A stretch of DNA of 64,000 nucleotides from a virus (taxonomy: Duplodnaviria > Caudoviricetes), in the IMG/VR virus record IMGVR_UViG_3300027759_000044. The stretch is one strand, 5' to 3'. The position numbers and the translations under genes were made by a program. Positions 26,701 to 32,860 of this stretch are shown here, in pieces; position 1 is the stretch's first letter; every line of letters begins with the position of its first letter. The notes beneath the pieces are model-generated. The model saw only the letters and a program-made list of their open reading frames with translations, was not told the DNA's origin and did not search any database.

Positions 26701-29519
26701 TAGTATCTGACAATTTAACAATGGTAGTTACAACTCGTCCGGGCACAAATTGGGAAGTAGCAACGTATCAACATGTTGGTTATAATGTTGTAGCCACAAC
26801 TCTAACTCCAATAACTGTTGGTCAATTAATCTTTAGTTTTGATAGATTAGTTTTAATACCAGCACAGTTATCTGTATTCCAAATTGACGGAACAACTGGA
26901 TTATCAACACGATTATATGATGATTCATTTACAATAAATTGGCTGATAAAAACAATTACATTGTCAAGTCCATTACCGGCTGGTGACTTATTAATGATAG
27001 AAGTATATGAGGTTGGTAATGGTGACCAATTAGAAAAATCTAATAGTCAAACTGATCCTATTAGAATTAATGAGGATACTGGATTTAATGAAATCTATTT
27101 AAATTGTAATTATAGCGCAACCCAAACATCCGGATCCGGAGTTATTATACCAGGTACATCACCAATCAATGTTATTGCGACAGAAACAGATAGTACAGAA
27201 AATTCTATATTATGTGATGATGTTAGATACTTTACAATAAATGATCAAATTATATTCTACGGAGATGTGTTTGGCGGGATAGTAGCTGACACACATTATT
27301 ATGTTAAGACCGTAAGTAACATAACAAATAAAATTACAATATCAGAAACTAATCCAGGAGGAGTAGCAGGACCTACATTTATATTAACTACTGATACTGG
27401 ATCAATGGATATTATAATAGAAGTTGGAAGCGGCGCCCCTTGGACAGATCCTATAGTTTATCACAATGGCACTAAACTTATATTAGGTCATACTAATAGA
27501 GTTACCCAAACTTCTAGTGCTACTAATTCTATAACATGTAATACTACTAGTGGTATGGAAGTAGGGGAAACAATTGTGTTTAGCGATACAATGTTTGGCG
27601 GAGTGATAAATTCACAAACAATATATTATATTGAATCAATTATTGATGCTAATGAATTTACTATTTCTGAAGCACTTGGTGATCCAGCATTAGTATTGAC
27701 TAATGCAGTTGGCGGTGCAATCGGCATTACTAATGATTATGCCTTTGGTATAGCAGATAATGGTATATCAGCAAAAATAATATTTGCGGCACAATATGAT
27801 GACACCACAGATTATCTAACCTATACTGTATTTGGTGAAACATTCCCTAATCAATACGGTTATACTATTCCTGAAATTCAATTGATTACCGGAGACGGAA
27901 CAGTGGGACCATTTACCTTAATTAATTATGTTGGTGATGATAATCCAGATAATGCAGTAGTGGAAGTTAACGGAGTTCGTATACTTGATACTGAATATAC
28001 AATTGATGATGTAACAAATACATTGACTTTTACTTCATTAACTCCCTCATCTAGTGATACTATTGCTGTAACTAGTTATAACTTAACTGAGAGACAAGAT
28101 TTTAATACCCAGTATGGTATAACAAGTGCCACAGTTTCAAGTATTGTTAATATTAACAATGAAATTACACCTCCTATCGTAACAACATACGTTACTGCAA
28201 CCACAACAGGCACTAATTTATTAACTTGTAGTGATACTAGTGGATTCATTGTAGATCAAACAATTATATTTCAGGGAACCGCATTTGGTAATGTAGTAAC
28301 GAATGGAACTGTGTATTATGTAAAATCAGTAACATTCCCCTATGATGGTACATTTACTATCTCATCAACATTGGGTGGCACAACATATACATTGACTACA
28401 GACTCCGGAGTTATGATAGCATATGTAGGTGGTCAACCTGCAGTCCGCGTCACTACTGGTAGCCCGCATGGATTAACTCCTCCAACTGCAAGTGATGAAT
28501 TAATCAGAATAGACGGTACTTTAGGTTCAATACAATTAAACAACAATACTTACTATGTCCACGTGATTAATGACACACAAATTGATTTGTATAATACACC
28601 ATACTTATCTGCTATAGGTGATGTTAATGATCCAGTCACAAGTATATCCACATATACATCCGGTGGTTATCTATGGATAGATGAAACATTTGTAGTTAAC
28701 AGTGTTTGGGAACAAGATAATGTTGACAGACTATGGGTTACTGTTAATGGGTATCGTGTCCCGGCATCATCGTTGTACTTAAATGCTAATAATAACTTAA
28801 GTATTTTGGTACCAATTATTTCGACCGATGAAATTACTATAACAAGTATGATATCAAGTGCTACTCCAAATCAATTGGTTTACTTACAAAATGTTAATAA
28901 GAACGGGGTAGGTACAGTATACAGAGCAAATACTGATACTAGAACTTGGTTAGTCGAACCACTATATTATACAAATGAAACAATATTTGTATCAGATGTA
29001 ACTAGAATCACAGACACAGTAGTACAAAATGTTGTTGCTCCGGCAGCAATAAATGGTATTATAAGTATAGGATTAGATGCTGATAAAAATACTATTTCAC
29101 AAGTAATAGTGTATAACACTACTTCAAGTAGTTATGTAAATTCTAGTAACTATACTATAGAAATTATAAATTTAGCTCCAATTTTACAGATAACCGATGA
29201 GGTTACTGTAGGAGATAGTTTAGTCATAACTACTATCGAGGGCAATTTAATATATATTAACGGGGAACAAATTAGATTTAGTACCGTAGATTTATCTAAT
29301 AATACTATAACTGGATTACAACGTGGTTCAAATGGTACCGGAATATTAGACTTTATACCAAAGTATTCTGAAGTATTTGGAATATTGTCCAATAATTTGT
29401 TACCTAGTGTAAACTACAACTTGACTTGGAACAGTAATGTTTACAATGTAACCGACGGAGACCCGTTACAGATTAGCGAGACAAATGCGGCATATTTCTT
29501 AAATTCGGGGGTGTCTTAA
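11766..29519 (+). CDS. Giant (5917 aa) modular baseplate/virion protein in the gp7 position
   Basis: Uninterrupted 17.75-kb ORF after gp6. Contains FG-GAP-like repeats, Asp-box-like repeats and about 11 copies of a GxPIxF...GG...YYV...FTIS module. Thr/Ser/Asn-rich, beta-type composition. Confidence 0.75.
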   Translation: MATRIRTLNFLPEIFKTTTNSQFLNATLDQIVDQPNTKRIQGYIGSRFGYGVNAKNYYVTEPTKIRTDYQLDPGVVFLKKDTSTAQDFISYPGIIDGLELEGALIGDNNRLFTSEFYSWDSFAGLDKIINFNQYYWIPEGPEAVTVSTETVYNATDYIITSTANGYLVTATGQSQGSTNPALTLLRGGTYTFNVNQASEFWIQGMPGITGYDPNQPNVQTRDVFGVSNNGAEVGVVTFTVPFKTAQDEYQFPGNNRVDLVTTLLYAELDGVLLSSLTNGIDGITSLDGLTLMFYNNENETTFYTITYTGSTTDPTITLVVGDTIPIEENITANFGTEYIGRPFYRTTGSVITLIPYLSSLLDTLYYQDGTSSNKVGQIRLISSNTTNRIDVLTDIIGQANYTSPNGVVFTNGLKVIFSGEIYPASYENIRYYVEGVGTAIQLIPVTDFVAPEPFTQGTYIPFDTTPYDIGNFDVNLYIPVLQDYITIARNSIDKNPWSRSNRWFHIDVINATATYNNNPALATIYATSANKANRPIIEFYPNLRLFDSGVVGKPPIDFIDFRTTDAFNSTTGVAGQENYYPDVEVYTGYNATIATVSVTPVSVTSFIVGQSYKISTLGNTNWNTVAGTTGVTYSLNNIVICAVVGSGTGAGIKMSTNIQINSEYVTGAFQVDQYINDSTNLLPRNSQITSITGTTTFILTVAWPESQAVSAGSNASLIANDIQNDSYSVFDGARIVFAADANLNVRNKIYVVRFSTLVFGDTPVITLTEAEDGLVLADEQTFTFRGYNYQGMDFYFDGANWQESQQKTTVNQPPLFDVLDNNGISFGDPELYVGTSFAGNKLFAYRIGSGIDDPVLGFPLTYSSVDNLGDISFDVSLNSASFNYVSGTIPITQKVNTGYVYNYSDLTTSVRQLGWQTAIGPSVQYQIFEFNYYAGIPTSTFTCDIAKLADTDSAWPTIQLFVNNKIQYSSDYTVVTTDTQTIVTFTVPDPLVDTVIEILLLSDQVSETAYYGIPINLNNNPLNEDITTVNVGDIRGQYQSSFYNNPNTTGDVFGSNNYRDLGNMVPYGNRIIQNSASLVLPGAFLRKQNHNLFNALMYNSREYITFKTLLVDTINTTDFTERLSPSTMLDNALDTITKAKTDSNSFFWSDMLPSKAAYITNTYSFANALDVSIYPLSKIYNFATANYNGVLVYITNTSGIITQLISGVDYTISIDSPSLTVTLDLAPGDQITIKEYNQTYGSYVPNTPTKLGLYPSTIPTVILDTAFYQPTYFIVGHDGSYNKLYGDYIDGVLIDFRDQVLLEFEKRIYNNLKLSNVIPIQEYEVLPGFFRDTDYSYDEILQIYTTSFLDWVGQNRINYKTQFYSANNEFTYNYNQSGNKINREVIPQGYWRGIYEYFYDTSNPDTMPWEMLGFTDKPTWWETRYGPAPYTSDNLVLWNDLAEGIDWNNGNPVVIPQAIRPELLQILPVDSQGNLVSPFVSIVGNYSNTSFNRDWIVGDVGPAEFSYRRSSSWPFDLMRILALTKPAEFFNLGVDIDNYKYNEEFNQYLVNDRSHLVISDVEIYGNGVAKTSYINWIVDFEKQVGIDSTTNITDLLFNIDVRLVYRLAGFSDKNLLKFYVEKSTANSNNSSLLIPDESYQVLLYDNQPFDKIVYSGVVIQLTTTGYKVYGNSQTNAYFTILAPKINGNYERVSVQGLSVQLARDYYDTPEVVAYGTEFVTVQQVSQFLDGYGRYLASQGVLFEQIESGLTVSWRQMVAEYLYWAQSGWEVGSIVNINPAANLISINKDSYIVQPLTLQRQNFVLNQNLYPIQSVDLSIVRDGTLFTAQPLNQGDTVAYGQFSISNFEHGIVFDNVTLFDDVIYNLITGLRQNRITVRGAKTAEWNGTIDAQGFILNQDNILDWNKTVKYTTGSIVKYKNKYWIALTIIQAKEIFEEREWKETDYNEIQKGLLPNTSTRSYESTIYYDVNRANLENDADLLSFSLIGYRPRDYLALVDLTDITQINVYKNFIKNKGTLNAVSAFKGANLPQGGIDYDVYENWAIKSGEFGGVLNSNFIDFKLNQNLLTGNPSIVGLTNGISTSGVQQEVPLYSLYNYARPVTSTDVLPLLPTDTPSTLFPYAGYVNFNDVRIAAYYYYNLANSISPRGVITPLSELYVGQYVWLADYQGTWQVMTPVSLGAVIFAKNNLNGTATLTFVNPHGLIKYQPFAVVNFNDNLNGYYIVNTVIDLNTVLVNVTLEPAITTVTGQGIGFKFQSQRVDNPSDIIDLPLLNTEFVKTKVWVDTNNDGDWAVYRKSLNYAYDSELVKDGSETFGSAVAYTDTLGYLIGDADAGRVYRYSFNVLFDRYDLIQTLTGTASFGTSIAYANDIFVVSQPTGTPEVYIYQLVVNTTVDELQSLQSAISAPGGVTEWGSAIAISGDTNWLYISAVTSSTSLVYVYRYSTITEEYEQSATIDLGLTNADNFGYSLSTDYYGDTVIIGTPNQNYNASTENWGYTYVYDRTVQNFEAQYTSIPLVPQTFTLAWTPSTTSITVTASDSTLDRFTCASSSTLNIGDPITFTGTVFGGIALSTVYYVLAKPSGTTFTISATRSGSTLQLNNGSGSMTATQQDTPLYVSVNGTLIDDSTYFNVGSTITIVQGLNAGDIITVSGNNFVLSQTLTTENTPRIGVQFGISVDTNTYASEILVGAPFELNSTNQEGAVYRYTNGGGKYGMIIGTTETNVTTTRIILINGYIVTLTAGNVTVVANSINQASITNVQAYEQLDIYGDPTGNLIISLLDNSLASPNDKLNITVLDTATWAELGINTYTQTQIINDPHTQVTTQFGNVVKFNEFNSFVVSAPTATRYTATTFDSTDDEDYDNDTLFDNNATQWIDTYQNAGAVYMFDYLSVYNESLINCGNFVYAQSTNDINETFGSQPMYGHSIDFNASRVIIGTPDFKPDTVAGQIVTYFNSIAEPDWSVFRSSSPVVDINRIQNIQLYSAITNNTLDNLDYIDPLQGKILGSVRQNIDVVSNVDPAGYNSPDNTQGSIVWGGAQVGQLWFNTSTTRFVNYHQDDVVYNSKWWGQIFPGSDVTVYSWITSNVPPISYPGPGTPFTIDNFAIEYILNATGILTPVYFYWVRNTNIIFTKLGKTLADSIIQSYIASPINSGISYFAPLDQDIFALYNCGDNINANDTVLHIGYSTGTNDDVSHSLYNLIRTNYADDFLPGLPTVDGSGVPKSLYDRMLDSLCGVDESGAVVPDPFLPKPVQYGIYARPRQGFFVNRLLALKNYLTYANDVLAQYPISETRRSLFLFTEGAINRSTDPVYNTDPTSPYYSVNPWTGPIIPFYNTTDYWYYINWWATGYDNNTKSALQVPIYADLATINATAGLIVTVTANGDGKSETYVYTNLNIWERIGLQDGTIEFSSNLWDYSVARLGFGDNFFDTTPYDTYPSQETRSIVRALNEEIYTNELLIFRNKSLILLFEFIQSESIESQNYLPWLNKTSFVDVGHTIRELLPLEVFQSDNQDFLAGYVNEVKPYHVVIKEFLFKYTGSELYEGTITDFDLPAQYNTEIQQFITPELVYTNPSGDNQYLPTDPIWQTAPYSEWFNNYGLGITGVDDYQITVLASYVSLNSPAMAVDNAYGFPINGIILIGDELIGYSNVDRSNNTLSGLTRGIDGTPISIHIPGEIITINLPAVLVLNSGRGYTEPPRVIAYIDTTIYPEPRRAAVLQVVMNLDSILRVDVIDPGDGYVVLPEIIIDPSVSVTFTSDDVNLISNTISLPSPLLQTGDLIKYTIGTNTTAVGGLDVDQYYYVHVLETTPTFVVALYTTYSDAINDSDRVFLFNIGSGVNNVLSVSARASCVSTSLPIRENQITLRFDRTSYNSELTDWVGGSFYGSFYAGLYNNSERISSSSIGLQSTQPDIDTILASAAGAVFEIEDVTNVEVLTWSSRTRIVSAINTSTNVITITASDGGASLINSDTITNPTIGFYIGMPIQFIGSVAGNIIVETTYYIKSLVDGDKITLSATISGGVPGGELSMAGTTLGSAGLTAYVGEVTNTAVVTMFYPGILTATATTSTTNSITVPLTGSGLGGTTGFYTNLPVFFVGTVFGGVIENERYYVTTVIDDETFTMSTTEDPVMVSVTNTTASTDYITCDDATGLSFNDPIIFNSMSVSGSAVSTFGNIADGTIYYVSAIINDTNFQISTVPNGGTFGLADQAAGTGTGCTGTDQKDIVQLTTATGTMTCNVGLPVSPGQVTGQQFTFYPTSTTTVSSPAFTQGNLITRTIKNALADGDYLSLESETGGITNVYVNMPIRVAASYGGLSTGTTYYVKEIGTVTTEVIQTTSANVLISTGTAGFYVNMPITFTGSTLGGTIENTLYFVKTVNVNGTDFTITESLGGTTLALSNDTGSMTVTGEPYIKVSSTLGGGVLPLSDSVINTSTILTQYPTSAPTFDVSWILGGYSVEVTGAGTGYAINNTFTVLGAALSGTTPANNLVMTVNTIGTNGQITSLINSGTPPEIVEQYYLKVISTTECEVYSDSQLQIPVTGINFPFTSGDYALLPEPFYFNQSIVKYNNRVYQCIVSNNDTEFIFGKWEELRSDSRKLNALDRIMGYYQPTINMPGLDLTQLVDGIIYPNSTYQDNAFPPSEEYTLDTILQDQLFSPLQVDVTSIVWNGTTYFAPANTPTYSDITNSTNGTTWVSNKLSNQPIALTDIVYADTKYVMSSQNNVTPILVSTDGLVWTTTGLTIGSVSIDNTSLNSVDYFNGIYVAVGDNIVSSVDAYTWIERFNFTNMVLYGVSAITITNFNGFIAVGVGPDYSVIPTITQSVILKSLDGISWTNITPSASAETLYGASSGNNTIVVVGNNGAIFTSINGSNWNNISTGSANLRDITYSDSLGLFVIVGETGFISTSDGSTWSVETSGTTENLNSVIWNSDLSEFIVTGNNNVILKSTNGTNWTISNIFITDPTIYDVQGDSFTSGYGPEELVPGVVSDNLTMVVTTRPGTNWEVATYQHVGYNVVATTLTPITVGQLIFSFDRLVLIPAQLSVFQIDGTTGLSTRLYDDSFTINWLIKTITLSSPLPAGDLLMIEVYEVGNGDQLEKSNSQTDPIRINEDTGFNEIYLNCNYSATQTSGSGVIIPGTSPINVIATETDSTENSILCDDVRYFTINDQIIFYGDVFGGIVADTHYYVKTVSNITNKITISETNPGGVAGPTFILTTDTGSMDIIIEVGSGAPWTDPIVYHNGTKLILGHTNRVTQTSSATNSITCNTTSGMEVGETIVFSDTMFGGVINSQTIYYIESIIDANEFTISEALGDPALVLTNAVGGAIGITNDYAFGIADNGISAKIIFAAQYDDTTDYLTYTVFGETFPNQYGYTIPEIQLITGDGTVGPFTLINYVGDDNPDNAVVEVNGVRILDTEYTIDDVTNTLTFTSLTPSSSDTIAVTSYNLTERQDFNTQYGITSATVSSIVNINNEITPPIVTTYVTATTTGTNLLTCSDTSGFIVDQTIIFQGTAFGNVVTNGTVYYVKSVTFPYDGTFTISSTLGGTTYTLTTDSGVMIAYVGGQPAVRVTTGSPHGLTPPTASDELIRIDGTLGSIQLNNNTYYVHVINDTQIDLYNTPYLSAIGDVNDPVTSISTYTSGGYLWIDETFVVNSVWEQDNVDRLWVTVNGYRVPASSLYLNANNNLSILVPIISTDEITITSMISSATPNQLVYLQNVNKNGVGTVYRANTDTRTWLVEPLYYTNETIFVSDVTRITDTVVQNVVAPAAINGIISIGLDADKNTISQVIVYNTTSSSYVNSSNYTIEIINLAPILQITDEVTVGDSLVITTIEGNLIYINGEQIRFSTVDLSNNTITGLQRGSNGTGILDFIPKYSEVFGILSNNLLPSVNYNLTWNSNVYNVTDGDPLQISETNAAYFLNSGVS

Positions 29520-29522
29520 ATG

Positions 29523-29529
29523 ATAAATA
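29523..29529 (+). promoter_or_regulatory. T4-like late promoter element, 5 nt before ATG 29535
   Basis: GATAAATA-AATAT-ATG. Confidence 0.6.
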
Positions 29530-29534
29530 AATAT

Positions 29535-29687
29535 ATGAGTGATAATAAAGAAGAAAATAAAGCTAAACCTGTACAGGAATATGGCCCTAAACCCGACGAA
29601 CATGGTGGGTTTTATTTCTCATCACATCTAAAAATAACTGATCCAAATACCAAAGAAGTACTGGTTCAAACAAGAGGCGATAACTAA
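29535..29687 (+). CDS. Small 50-aa protein (not in ORF track)
   Basis: MSDNKEENKAKPVQEYGPKPDEHGGFYFSSHLKITDPNTKEVLVQTRGDN*; fills the gap and its stop overlaps the next ATG (TAATG). Confidence 0.7.
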   Translation: MSDNKEENKAKPVQEYGPKPDEHGGFYFSSHLKITDPNTKEVLVQTRGDN

Positions 29688-30307
29688 TGTCAGTAATAAC
29701 ACTATCATATAAAGTAGAAGGGTTTTTAAAGATTTATGACCCTAATAGCGGAGAAGTTCTAGTAGATAAGCATAATGCTATTAACTACGAAAACATGAGT
29801 GAGGCCATTGCTGATACACTAAGCAGTCGCGGTTACGGAGAGATTTATCAAATGGCATTTGGGAACGGTGGTGCAAGCGTAGATGAAACAGGTGTTATCA
29901 CATATCTACCCCCAAATACTACTGGTCAAAATGCGGCCCTATATAATCAAACCTATGCTAAAATTGTAGATGATACTAGTGTTTTTAACCTAGATCCCAC
30001 ACGTAATAAAATGACAGTTTCTCACACAACCGGTCGTGTTTATACTGACATTTTAGTACAATGTTTATTAGATTACGGTGAGCCTGCAGGACAAAATGCA
30101 TTTGACAATAGTACTCAAACAGATTCAGCTTATGTGTTTGATGAATTGGGTTTATTAGCAAATTACGGAACAGATAGTAACGGGAATGTTCTTACACGAT
30201 TATTAACTCATGTGATTTTTCACCCAGTACAAAAGAGTTTGAATAGACAAATTCAAATAGATTACACAGTCAGAATTCAAAGTTTGACAAATCTAGTGAC
30301 AATTTAA
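29687..30307 (+). CDS. Virion structural protein (baseplate/fibre-associated), function unassigned
   Basis: 206 aa; YQMAFGNGG...FDELGL...LLTHVIFHPVQKSLNRQIQIDYTVRI resembles fibre-attachment proteins; structural context. Confidence 0.55.
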   Translation: MSVITLSYKVEGFLKIYDPNSGEVLVDKHNAINYENMSEAIADTLSSRGYGEIYQMAFGNGGASVDETGVITYLPPNTTGQNAALYNQTYAKIVDDTSVFNLDPTRNKMTVSHTTGRVYTDILVQCLLDYGEPAGQNAFDNSTQTDSAYVFDELGLLANYGTDSNGNVLTRLLTHVIFHPVQKSLNRQIQIDYTVRIQSLTNLVTI

Positions 30308-30308
30308 G

Positions 30309-30315
30309 ATAAATA
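30309..30315 (+). promoter_or_regulatory. T4-like late promoter element (ATAAATA)
   Basis: Intergenic GATAAATA upstream of ATG 30339. Confidence 0.6.
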
Positions 30316-30338
30316 ACAGAATATCGGGATAATTTAAT

Positions 30339-31547
30339 ATGGCATATACGATTGTAAAAAGTGATGGTACAGTACTAACGACCATTGCCGACGGTACTAT
30401 AAACACGACTAGTACATCATTGGGTTTACCGGGCAGGAATTATGCTGGTTACGGTCAATCACTTGATACTAACTTTGTTCATGCAATGGAAAACTTTGCA
30501 GATTCAACACCACCGGCAAATCCATTACGTGGTCAATTATGGTATAACACAAATACTAGTACACTATGTGTATGTCCAGCTGATAATACTACTACAGCAA
30601 GTAATTGGATTACCTTAGCGCAGTCGGGTGGTTCAGGCACAACAACATTTGGATCAGTAACAGTTACTGGAAATCTACAAGCAAATAACATTCAAGCAGT
30701 AAACAATTCAAATGCTGACTCTATCACAACTAGATTATTAACAGTTACAGCTAATGCCTCTATTTCATTAGCTAATGTCACAACTGGCAATATTATTACA
30801 TTAAATACAACAACTATAACAACTGGTGCTAACGCAACACCTGGAAATATTATTGGTACATGGACATTGTCAGGCGGTTCAGGTGGAACATCAAATGCCT
30901 TTATAGTAACAGGTGGTGTCATTAATGCTGTTAACGGTATTAAGACTGACAATTATTATTATGCTAATGGCGCAAACTTTAATCCATCTGGTTCATATAA
31001 TAACGCAAATGTGTTTGACTATTTGACTGGTTCAAATTCAATATCACAATTTACAGGTAATATAGCCCCTACTAAGATTACAACAAGTAATATTGCAGGC
31101 GGTGGAACAATTTTTGGCATTTGGACATTAGGTGCTAACGCAAGATTAAATGCAACTTATGCTGACTTGGCCGAGCGTTTTGAATCAGATAGTCCATATG
31201 ATGCGGGTACTGTAGTAGAATTGGGCGGCAACGCTGAGATTACTGCAGTGGTACATGAATTAAGTGAAGATGTATTTGGTGTTGTATCAAACACAGCGGC
31301 TTATCTAATGAACGCAGGTGCAGGAGATGATTCTACTCATCCCGCAGTTGCTGTAGGTGGTAGGATACATGTTAAAGTCACTGGTAAAGTTTGTAAAGGT
31401 CAACGTCTAGTCTCAGCTGGTAACGGTATTGCTCGGGCAGCTATTGAAGGTGAAGCAACATCATTCAATGTAATTGGTCGTGCTTTAGCTAATAAAACTA
31501 CTGATGATGTTGGAACAGTAGAAGCATTTGTTTCAATTAAAGGATAA
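30339..31547 (+). CDS. Tail fibre-like protein with C-terminal intramolecular-chaperone/autoproteolysis-like domain
   Basis: N-terminal ENFA...PPANPLRGQLWY anchor motif; Thr/Gly/Asn-rich shaft; C-terminal YADLAERF...GTVV...FGVVS...VKVTGKV...IGRAL resembles peptidase G2/S74-type chaperone domains. Confidence 0.6.
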   Translation: MAYTIVKSDGTVLTTIADGTINTTSTSLGLPGRNYAGYGQSLDTNFVHAMENFADSTPPANPLRGQLWYNTNTSTLCVCPADNTTTASNWITLAQSGGSGTTTFGSVTVTGNLQANNIQAVNNSNADSITTRLLTVTANASISLANVTTGNIITLNTTTITTGANATPGNIIGTWTLSGGSGGTSNAFIVTGGVINAVNGIKTDNYYYANGANFNPSGSYNNANVFDYLTGSNSISQFTGNIAPTKITTSNIAGGGTIFGIWTLGANARLNATYADLAERFESDSPYDAGTVVELGGNAEITAVVHELSEDVFGVVSNTAAYLMNAGAGDDSTHPAVAVGGRIHVKVTGKVCKGQRLVSAGNGIARAAIEGEATSFNVIGRALANKTTDDVGTVEAFVSIKG

Positions 31548-31550
31548 AAG

Positions 31551-32507
31551 ATGAGTTACGCACAATTTGGAACAATTCAAGCCAGTGACTACAATACTCT
31601 AGTAGGTACAAATCCGAACACATCCTCTGGTACACTAAACACAGTTTGGTCTACCGGCGGAACAGCAGCGGGTTATGGACAAACTGCTGAAGGAACTGTC
31701 GCAGTAGGTGATACTGTTACGGCAGCTAAATGGGCTAATTTAATTACTAAAACAGCAAATACGGCTTCTCATCAAGGTTCAAGCATTACGGCTGTTACTG
31801 CCCCGGCATCTGGAAATACAATTACATATAATGCTAACATTAGTACAAACTTAACAACAATTTACACCAGTCGGTTAAATGCTGCATCTCAGGGTAGTAC
31901 TACTGCTAACAGTGTTGTATACGGTAGCACATGGACTACAGCCTTGACCTTTACTCATACTGTTACTTTTGCCAATGGTGATGCAGCAAGATATTTCTTT
32001 AACTCGGGTGGACAATTAAAAATAACATGTTCACATGCTAATAGCACATCGGGTATTAATTTGTTATTTAATGGTTTAGCAAGTAATGTTGGCACAGTAG
32101 TCATGTCCGCACCCACATCAGGAACAGCAACCATTTCAGGAACAGCGTATACTGGTATTTATAAAATTGGTTCTGGTGGAAATGCTCCTACTATTCTTCC
32201 CAACAATGGATATTATGCTTTAACAACCAGCAACGCTAATGTGTTCACTCAAACAGCATCAACTGGGCCGGGCGCTTATTTAGCTACCTTTATTCGTGTT
32301 ATTGCTAAATCAAATGGTACAGTTGGTTCAAACGGTGACGTGGGTAACGTTGTTACTTTATATACTGTTTGGGATGAAGTTCCGGACGGCGGTCTTGTAG
32401 TAGGTACAGGCTCCACTGTTACCGTTACTGCTCAGGCGCCAGAAACAACTAATTTGGCTAACACTTGGGGTACTATTAGTGTTGCGGGATCTGCAACAGG
32501 CTCATAA
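31551..32507 (+). CDS. Virion structural protein (tail fibre-associated)
   Basis: 318 aa Thr/Gly/Ser/Ala-rich; VTFANGDAARYFFNSGGQLKI motif; follows the fibre gene. Confidence 0.55.
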   Translation: MSYAQFGTIQASDYNTLVGTNPNTSSGTLNTVWSTGGTAAGYGQTAEGTVAVGDTVTAAKWANLITKTANTASHQGSSITAVTAPASGNTITYNANISTNLTTIYTSRLNAASQGSTTANSVVYGSTWTTALTFTHTVTFANGDAARYFFNSGGQLKITCSHANSTSGINLLFNGLASNVGTVVMSAPTSGTATISGTAYTGIYKIGSGGNAPTILPNNGYYALTTSNANVFTQTASTGPGAYLATFIRVIAKSNGTVGSNGDVGNVVTLYTVWDEVPDGGLVVGTGSTVTVTAQAPETTNLANTWGTISVAGSATGS

Positions 32508-32532
32508 TTTTTAACAACGGAGTTGTATTCAT

Positions 32533-32539
32533 CTAAATA
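32533..32539 (+). promoter_or_regulatory. Late promoter element (CTAAATA) opening the glycan/radical-SAM island
   Basis: Intergenic, followed by SD AGGAG and ATG 32555. Confidence 0.6.
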
Positions 32540-32554
32540 CTCGTAGGAGTCTAC

Positions 32555-32860
32555 ATGGATACAAAGTCATTAATAACCGAAGCCAAAGCCCGCTTTAATC
32601 ACAATAGCGCAAAAGCATATTTAAAAGACAAATACGATAGTAAATTTATTGTAGCCGATCAAAACGGTTTATGGCGCTCTAATTTAGAAATTATCAACTT
32701 CTTAAATTCAACATCAGATTCAGAAGTTATTATTATTGATACCTTCAACAACCCTGTCAAAGTTATTAGACAAGATTTGTTAGATAAACTCAGCACAGTT
32801 TATAAAACAACTATGGAAGAATGGTATAACGAATGGGTTGAATTAGAGAAAAACCGATGA
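32555..32860 (+). CDS. Hypothetical protein, 101 aa
   Basis: Clear SD; ATGA overlap with the next gene. Confidence 0.7.
   Translation: MDTKSLITEAKARFNHNSAKAYLKDKYDSKFIVADQNGLWRSNLEIINFLNSTSDSEVIIIDTFNNPVKVIRQDLLDKLSTVYKTTMEEWYNEWVELEKNR

Noticed and set aside
11766-29519. Intein or intron inflating the giant gene
   Set aside because: No LAGLIDADG/HNH motifs, intein-type C...HN ends or frame breaks noticed; length is explained by repeated structural modules.
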